A stretch of 59,772 nt of DNA, taken from positions 1-59,772 of the IMG/VR virus record IMGVR_UViG_3300042319_001458; one strand, written 5' to 3'. The notes below the pieces were generated by a model, which saw nothing but the letters and a program-made list of their open reading frames with translations, did no database searches and was not told the origin of the DNA. A program made the position numbers and the translations under genes. Shown here one piece after another: positions 54,595 through 59,772 of this stretch (positions are counted from its first letter, which is position 1; each line of letters begins with the position of its first letter). The DNA comes from a virus. Taxonomy: Duplodnaviria > Caudoviricetes.

Positions 54595-55278
54595 CTAAAA
54601 CGGAATATCGTCACCCTTCTCCCAATCGAAACCTTCGGGAGCGCCATCTATTGGCGGCGTTTCGTCAAATATACCCTCTTCTGTGGAGGAGCCAATAGGC
54701 GTTTCAAGCGGATCTGTTACGCTCGTTTTTGTGCGAGTTACTGTCGCGCCTTCAAAAACATGCTTGGCTTTGACGACGTCTGGGAACGCCGAGATCATGT
54801 GTGAAATTTCTTCCAGCGTGTAGACGTTAATCTTTCTACCCTCTGCATATATGCGATTCGCCAACTGTGGATCTCTGACGATCGTCGCCACTGTTCCATC
54901 CTCAAGGCAGACTTCCCAAATCTGCGGATCAAGCACTTGTGCACCAGCACTCTCTGCTGCTTTGTCGAGGGCCGTCCAAGCCTTTGCCATACGTCCGGCT
55001 TCTCTTCGCACATCCTCTAGGCCTCCTGTCCATCGCGCCTGGCTGGTTAAATATCGCTGTCGGTCGAACTTCTCGCGCAGCTCTGTGCTGACCAGGAGGC
55101 GCAACCGATCGCGACCCCACTTGAGCTCAAGCTCGACCTCTAGCGCGTCCGCCTCGTCGAGCGCCGCCCTGCCAGCGATATACATGCCGGGGGTCGCCAT
55201 CCAGGGAATTGGCTTATAGGTAACCGGGACGCCCCGATCGACCTTATCCTTTTTTATCGGCGTTTTCCGTGCTGCCAT
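54595..55278 (-). CDS. Hypothetical replication-module protein
   Basis: KWG.DRL..LVS.ELR.KF..Q; acidic tail ending DDIPF. Confidence 0.75.
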   Translation of the reverse strand: MAARKTPIKKDKVDRGVPVTYKPIPWMATPGMYIAGRAALDEADALEVELELKWGRDRLRLLVSTELREKFDRQRYLTSQARWTGGLEDVRREAGRMAKAWTALDKAAESAGAQVLDPQIWEVCLEDGTVATIVRDPQLANRIYAEGRKINVYTLEEISHMISAFPDVVKAKHVFEGATVTRTKTSVTDPLETPIGSSTEEGIFDETPPIDGAPEGFDWEKGDDIPF

Positions 55279-55462
55279 CTTTCATCTCCATTTCAATATC
55301 AACTTTTTTCTGTTCATCGATGATTGCGCGGATGAGCAGCATCGCCGTCTCACCCAATTTGAGACACCCGCAAGACGGATCTCTTGGCGCATTTCTCACG
55401 ATCGCCATGAACCTTTCCATGCGACCGCCTGTCAGCTGTGGGGGTAATTCCGAGGGGATCAT
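55244..55462 (-). CDS. Hypothetical protein
   Basis: Overlaps the next gene start; start uncertain. Confidence 0.5.
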   Translation of the reverse strand: MIPSELPPQLTGGRMERFMAIVRNAPRDPSCGCLKLGETAMLLIRAIIDEQKKVDIEMEMKDGSTENADKKG

Positions 55463-55529
55463 TTCGATACCAACATCATCAGAACGCCGTGGAGGCTAAA
55501 ACACACCAAGCCCACCTGTCAAGCGCCCG

Positions 55530-55760
55530 TCGGTAGCGAGCGCGTAGCCGCCCTAGCGGCGCAGCGCGAGCGGGGGGTTCTAGGGGGGTCCAGTTTTACG
55601 GAGTAAAACCAGCCGAGAAGATCCTTAGGGATCAATGGGTTATGAAGCATAAAATCAATACTCACTTTCTTTCGCGGAAACAACGACTTATCAACGATTT
55701 ATTGTTGAAAGCGTTGCTCGATGCCGAACTTACCTTGGCGGTCAATAACTTATGCGCTAT
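55530..55760. other. Probable replication origin / iteron region
   Basis: Non-coding region downstream of the primase-helicase, with four CAA-N4-TTA direct repeats and two hairpins. Confidence 0.55.
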
Positions 55761-55765
55761 AATCT

Positions 55766-57964
55766 TCAAAGCCCCTTACCTTTGCGCAAACCCTTTTTGT
55801 TGTTCTTATCACCCCATGTGTCGGTCACGATCACGTCCTCCTTATGCCACAAGTTTACATATTTTTGACAGACCTCGACAGACAAACCGAACGAATCACT
55901 GAGTCGATCTGCAGCGTTTCGATCCGATTCTTTTCCCCTCCCCCATGGGTATCCACCCCGCCATGCGTCATCGATCGCCTGCACCATCTTTCGGCACATC
56001 TCCATGTCGGGTTCTTTTTGCGTTTGCTGCGCCCCTCCGAAGCCTGCTGATGCGTCCTTCTTGTTAGGCGCTGGAGTAGTAGCCGCCTCTATCATACAAG
56101 CCACCAGCGAGCTGCTTGTGAGGTTCACAGGAACCTCTATCAGCTCAAAGGGGATCTCCCACCCGTCAGCCGCCTCCTTGATCTTTCTAGCCGTCATCGT
56201 GCCCGTCATAGCCGGCTTTTCACGCTCGATATGGAGAGCCACGTTTGCCGAGCCTTCAAAGACCGATGAGCCACGCATCGATGTCCCGCCACCCTTGGCC
56301 ATGTGATGGATGCCGACGACCGCGCAGCCGAATGCATGCCTGACCGCGTCACATCCCTGAACGTAAAGCGTCATGTCTTTCTGCAGGTTTTCGTCCGCTC
56401 CAGGTAAGACGCGCGACACCGTGTCGACGAAAATCGCGATAGGCTTCTCGTGACAGTAGTTTTCTATTTCATGCTTGATTGTCTGAATTAACTTCACAAT
56501 GTGTGAAGGATCTACAAAGTTCATCGATTCCCTGATGAAGTGAAAATTATTCCTATTTATTTTACGACCTGTCTTCTTCTCCCACGCCTGCATGCGGAAT
56601 TTCATGTCCGTCGAGCCCTCCGAGGAGATGTAGAGGACGGGCCCATGCTTGTTTATTTTTCGGCCCCACCAATGCGTGATGTCGACGTCGCAGAGCGAGA
56701 AGGCGAGATCTAACGCGACGAAGGTCTTGCCGCAGCCGGGGATGCCGTAGATGAAAGCCATTGCGCTTTCGATCATCAGCTTTTCGATCAAGAAGACAGG
56801 ATCGGGAAGGTTATAGATATCATCCACACGCAGCACCTCGAATAAATTAGTTGGCTTAGGATCGACGACAGTGAAGACCTGCTTTGGCGTGTCCCATTCG
56901 TCGTCAGATTCGAGTTGCGTTTTATTCGGCGAATTTTCCGCAACTGGCTCTGCAATCCCCTGCGCAATTTTATCGGCGAATGATGGTTCCTTTTTTGGTG
57001 TAGGCTTTGGGACCTTTGCCGCCTCGATAATCTTGTCCCAATCTTTGAGAGACGCGCGCCACTTTGCGCGAAATTCAGTTACGCCTCGGCCTTCGCGCTC
57101 AAGCAGCTGTTCCTTGCTTTCAGCCGGACCCGGGAGACGTGATTCGACCTTGCTGACGTAAATGCCAAACAGCTCTTCGCGCTGGGCCTCGAGCTCCTTG
57201 GGACCAGGCTGGATCGGGCAGTCGCGTGCTATGTCCGTCAGCCGCGCCCAAATCATCTTGAACATATAATCTTCGCGACCATCCTGAATGCCGCCCCAGG
57301 CATTCGTCGCATGCTCTGGAGACGCCGTCCTTTGCGTCGGGTCGCTTGGCGTATGCCCACCATACCTTTCAGCAAGAATGTCTATTTGCTCGCACAGGAA
57401 TTTAGGCGCGACAGCAATCTCTAAATCCCATGGCGCTTGCCCCTCGATCCATTCATACCGCTTGCCGCTTTCGTGCATCGATGGAGCCGCGACGATAAAG
57501 CCGCCAATGCCTCTAATATCGACGCCGATCGACGTTTTAATGGTTGGCGGGCTCCACCCATCAGGCGCGCGAAAAAGGATCTGCAAGCCGCCTCCACCAG
57601 TGCGCTGGGTAGGCGATTCAAGGTCAGCCGCATGCTCTTGCATGTCGAGACAGCAAGACCACCATAATGCCGCGTCAGGCTTAGAATGCGTATCGAGATC
57701 AACAACGAAGACGCGACCGCTACAGCCGCCCGTGAGGATGCCGATATTGTTGCGGGCTTCATTGATATTTGAAAACCAGCTGTTGAAGGTATTGTCATCA
57801 ACGAGCTCGTTTTGAAAATCACGCCATTCCTTCAGCGCGGGCCTTTTCCAATTATGGACGGCCCTGCTTGGGTAATATGACGGGACTGCTTGCAAACCAA
57901 GAGCGCGATACATGCGCGCATAATCTGTAAGACTTGCGAAGTCTTCTTCAAAGTCAGGTAGCAT
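55766..57964 (-). CDS. Primase-polymerase (bifunctional Prim-Pol) fused to RepA/AAA_25 helicase
   Basis: NIGILTG...VVDLD...TGGGG...DIRG.GGFIVAAPSMH.SG..Y.W; Walker A GIPGCGKT, YISSEG, FVDT, IHH..K..RGSS. Confidence 0.9.
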   Translation of the reverse strand: MLPDFEEDFASLTDYARMYRALGLQAVPSYYPSRAVHNWKRPALKEWRDFQNELVDDNTFNSWFSNINEARNNIGILTGGCSGRVFVVDLDTHSKPDAALWWSCCLDMQEHAADLESPTQRTGGGGLQILFRAPDGWSPPTIKTSIGVDIRGIGGFIVAAPSMHESGKRYEWIEGQAPWDLEIAVAPKFLCEQIDILAERYGGHTPSDPTQRTASPEHATNAWGGIQDGREDYMFKMIWARLTDIARDCPIQPGPKELEAQREELFGIYVSKVESRLPGPAESKEQLLEREGRGVTEFRAKWRASLKDWDKIIEAAKVPKPTPKKEPSFADKIAQGIAEPVAENSPNKTQLESDDEWDTPKQVFTVVDPKPTNLFEVLRVDDIYNLPDPVFLIEKLMIESAMAFIYGIPGCGKTFVALDLAFSLCDVDITHWWGRKINKHGPVLYISSEGSTDMKFRMQAWEKKTGRKINRNNFHFIRESMNFVDPSHIVKLIQTIKHEIENYCHEKPIAIFVDTVSRVLPGADENLQKDMTLYVQGCDAVRHAFGCAVVGIHHMAKGGGTSMRGSSVFEGSANVALHIEREKPAMTGTMTARKIKEAADGWEIPFELIEVPVNLTSSSLVACMIEAATTPAPNKKDASAGFGGAQQTQKEPDMEMCRKMVQAIDDAWRGGYPWGRGKESDRNAADRLSDSFGLSVEVCQKYVNLWHKEDVIVTDTWGDKNNKKGLRKGKGL

Positions 57965-57991
57965 GAGGAGGGGCCTCTATATATCGATTGA

Positions 57992-58042
57992 TTAAAGTTC
58001 AGGTTTTCTATATATTCCTATTGTTACTTTGGCTTTCGTCAT
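57992..58042 (-). CDS. 16-aa upstream ORF before the primase-helicase
   Basis: GGGAGG-ATTACA-ATG; MTKAKVTIGIYRKPEL. Confidence 0.4.
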   Translation of the reverse strand: MTKAKVTIGIYRKPEL

Positions 58043-58066
58043 TGTAATCCTCCCTTGGACTTTATG

Positions 58067-58085
58067 GGGTCTCGCAAGAGACCCT
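58067..58085 (-). terminator. Stem-loop after the RuvC-like gene
   Basis: GGGTCTC-GCAA-GAGACCC (plus-strand reading); no U-tract on the minus strand. Confidence 0.5.
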
Positions 58086-58537
58086 TATTTTTTTGTCTGT
58101 GCGCCGTATAACGCCAGCAACGCCGCCTCGGCTCGACCATCATCCTTCTTGCGTCGGAAGTGATCAGAGAAAGGCCATGTGCTGATTGCCAGCGCGCGTG
58201 ATTTTTCCTTATCAGATGTCAGACTAAAATGCTTTTTCCATTTACCCGGCGTTACGAAAATTACGGGGATCTGCAAAGCGCCAATAACGCCTTTTGCAAT
58301 TCCATAACTAACACCAAAATTAAATGAGCTTGATACGCCTTGCCGCGGCATGGAATGAACAATCTCAACCACAGCAAGATCCGGCGCGTATTTCTTTATT
58401 AAGTCACACAAAGCAGATGCGTTTATTTCCTTACCAACAACAGGAACATCGTATGCCGATATTGCTGCGCGTTGATCAGGAAAATAAAAAGCAACAGCTC
58501 CGCTGATGCCGGGATCAAGCCCCATGATACATTTCAT
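58085..58537 (-). CDS. RuvC-like Holliday junction resolvase
   Basis: GLDPG.SGA, VVE.VH.MP.QGVSS.F.FG, P..WKK, DGRAEAAL. Confidence 0.88.
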   Translation of the reverse strand: MKCIMGLDPGISGAVAFYFPDQRAAISAYDVPVVGKEINASALCDLIKKYAPDLAVVEIVHSMPRQGVSSSFNFGVSYGIAKGVIGALQIPVIFVTPGKWKKHFSLTSDKEKSRALAISTWPFSDHFRRKKDDGRAEAALLALYGAQTKK

Positions 58538-59313
58538 TATGGTTTCACCACATACGCTGTCCGTTGATTTTCAATCCATGCTTCATCGGCGTTTACGAAG
58601 ACAGATTTAATAAAGATCTTTTTTACTTCTTTATTATCTATGCCAAAATGCTGGGCGCGTATATGACCGCGGCGTAAATGTGGTCTAGGAGATGAATGAG
58701 AGCCTCCTTGGCTTTCATATCTTTCAGTTATATTCCCAATATTTATTGTTGTAATATATTTATATTTTTTTGCTTTTTTTCTACTATTTTCACTCGGCTG
58801 CTTAAATTCTATCGTAGATTTTTTTATGTTTTTAGTAGCCAACACAACAACTAATGTTGCTAAAACTTTGGCAGATGTAATGCTTTCTGCTCTACGAAAC
58901 TCCTCATAGCTTACATCTCGCAAAAGAACAGATTTCATGTTGTGTTTTTTGATATCATAATTTTCTTTTGGAGTGTAATAATATACTTCTTTCTCACCAA
59001 CGTAAGTTACGCCTGTTAAAAAATCATACGCATTTTGATCAAAATGCCAATTAAATCTATAATTTATGTTCTGTGGGATATCTAAATCTTTGTTTGCTTC
59101 AATTAATTTTTTTATTTGATCTCCATCTGAATCAAAAAGCCAATAAGCTAATTTTTCTATTCTACCAATCATTCTTACGTCAAATTTTTCAACAGGAGGC
59201 AAGCATATATTTAACTCCTCCATCTGTTTTGCTGTATGCATGACATCTTCAAGGGTCAATGCATCAACTAATTCTGCAGGTAAAATAAACAGCTGCCTGT
59301 CACGCTCGTCCAT
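58537..59313 (-). CDS. Hypothetical AT-rich phage protein
   Basis: GGAGA-TTGAT-ATG start; C-terminal SPRPHLRRGHIR.Q...FI...VN motif. Confidence 0.75.
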   Translation of the reverse strand: MDERDRQLFILPAELVDALTLEDVMHTAKQMEELNICLPPVEKFDVRMIGRIEKLAYWLFDSDGDQIKKLIEANKDLDIPQNINYRFNWHFDQNAYDFLTGVTYVGEKEVYYYTPKENYDIKKHNMKSVLLRDVSYEEFRRAESITSAKVLATLVVVLATKNIKKSTIEFKQPSENSRKKAKKYKYITTINIGNITERYESQGGSHSSPRPHLRRGHIRAQHFGIDNKEVKKIFIKSVFVNADEAWIENQRTAYVVKP

Positions 59314-59397
59314 ATCAATCTCCATAAAGTCAAGTCTCAGCTGACCCGCCAACAAGTGGTGGAGCCATCGACCATAATGTGGGCAGGTCAGCTAAGT

Positions 59398-59500
59398 TAC
59401 TTAGGGTAAGTCTCTCCTCGCGATTCTGTCAATCCACAGAATACAGTTGACTGAAGATTACCCACCCGCTACATCTAGACCGAATCGATATTGAGGCTTT
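59398..59500. promoter_or_regulatory. Divergent promoter pair
   Basis: Plus: TTGACT (59447), GCTACATC (59468-59475), CGAATCG (59481-59487). Minus: TTGACA (59432-59427) followed directly by GAATC. Confidence 0.65.
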
Positions 59501-59772
59501 ATGAACAACGATCCCTTCGCCGCTTACGGCATCCAGCATCTATCTCCATCAACCTGCAACCTGTTCATCGGGTCGCAAGCAGCGTTTGTATTGGACAAAT
59601 GCATGAAGAGAAAGGGGCAGGTGGGCGCAGCCGCACACAGAGGAACAGCTGTAGAGAAGGGTATTGTTTACGGCCTTGAGACAGGCGTCTTAGACGACGA
59701 ATGCATAAAGGTAGCGAAGGATGAGTTCTGGCGACTTATGGCTTTATCAAGTGACCCTGCAGCCGAAAAAGA
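59501..59772 (+). CDS. PD-(D/E)XK exonuclease, 5' part (continues at position 128 to 611)
   Basis: GAGG SD, ATG at 59501; frame open to the window end and in phase with ORF 93-611. Confidence 0.85.
   Translation, partial: MNNDPFAAYGIQHLSPSTCNLFIGSQAAFVLDKCMKRKGQVGAAAHRGTAVEKGIVYGLETGVLDDECIKVAKDEFWRLMALSSDPAAEK
59646..59772. repeat. Terminal direct repeat copy 2 (circular assembly overlap)
   Basis: Identical to 1-127. Confidence 0.95.

Noticed and set aside
59646-59772. 127-bp terminal repeat as a biological direct terminal repeat
   Set aside because: The length equals a common assembly k-mer and it falls mid-gene. It shows circularity, not the packaged ends.

Overview
This window is one complete, circularly permuted dsDNA tailed-phage genome of about 59,645 bp. 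Bases 59646-59772 repeat bases 1-127, an assembler overlap that splits a PD-(D/E)XK nuclease gene. Phage-encoded GcrA and GapR (DUF2312) homologues point to an alphaproteobacterial host. Layout: (i) a + strand early/middle block (59501 across the origin to 6924) with a nuclease, SSB, DUF6378-like protein, N6-adenine methyltransferase, stand-alone RNAP alpha-CTD-like protein and GcrA; (ii) a - strand late block (52132 down to 7015) of podovirus type, with GapR, terminases, portal, a 1472-aa polyvalent protein, GroES, scaffold, major capsid protein, an inserted HNH/EndoVII endonuclease, adaptors, a collagen fibre, three tandem Gly-rich fibre cassettes, a 2OG-Fe(II) oxygenase, a double GT2-TPR glycosyltransferase, a lysis cassette, a tail nozzle, ejection proteins and an S74-chaperone fibre; (iii) a + strand cluster of small early genes behind duplicated promoters (52145-54440); (iv) a - strand replication block (RuvC-like resolvase, primase-polymerase/helicase, probable origin). 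I recognised no integrase, replicative DNA polymerase, tRNA or CRISPR array. Most interesting: a small gene with its own SD overprinted in the linker of the polyvalent protein, just after a DNA-glycosylase-like domain (candidate effector/inhibitor pair); an x-[A/K]-x-G-G motif repeated about 25 times across putative capsid-internal proteins; several compact structured RNA leaders in the head operon; and GcrA-type GANTC motifs at the early promoters. All family calls come from motif recognition by eye; no database search was run.
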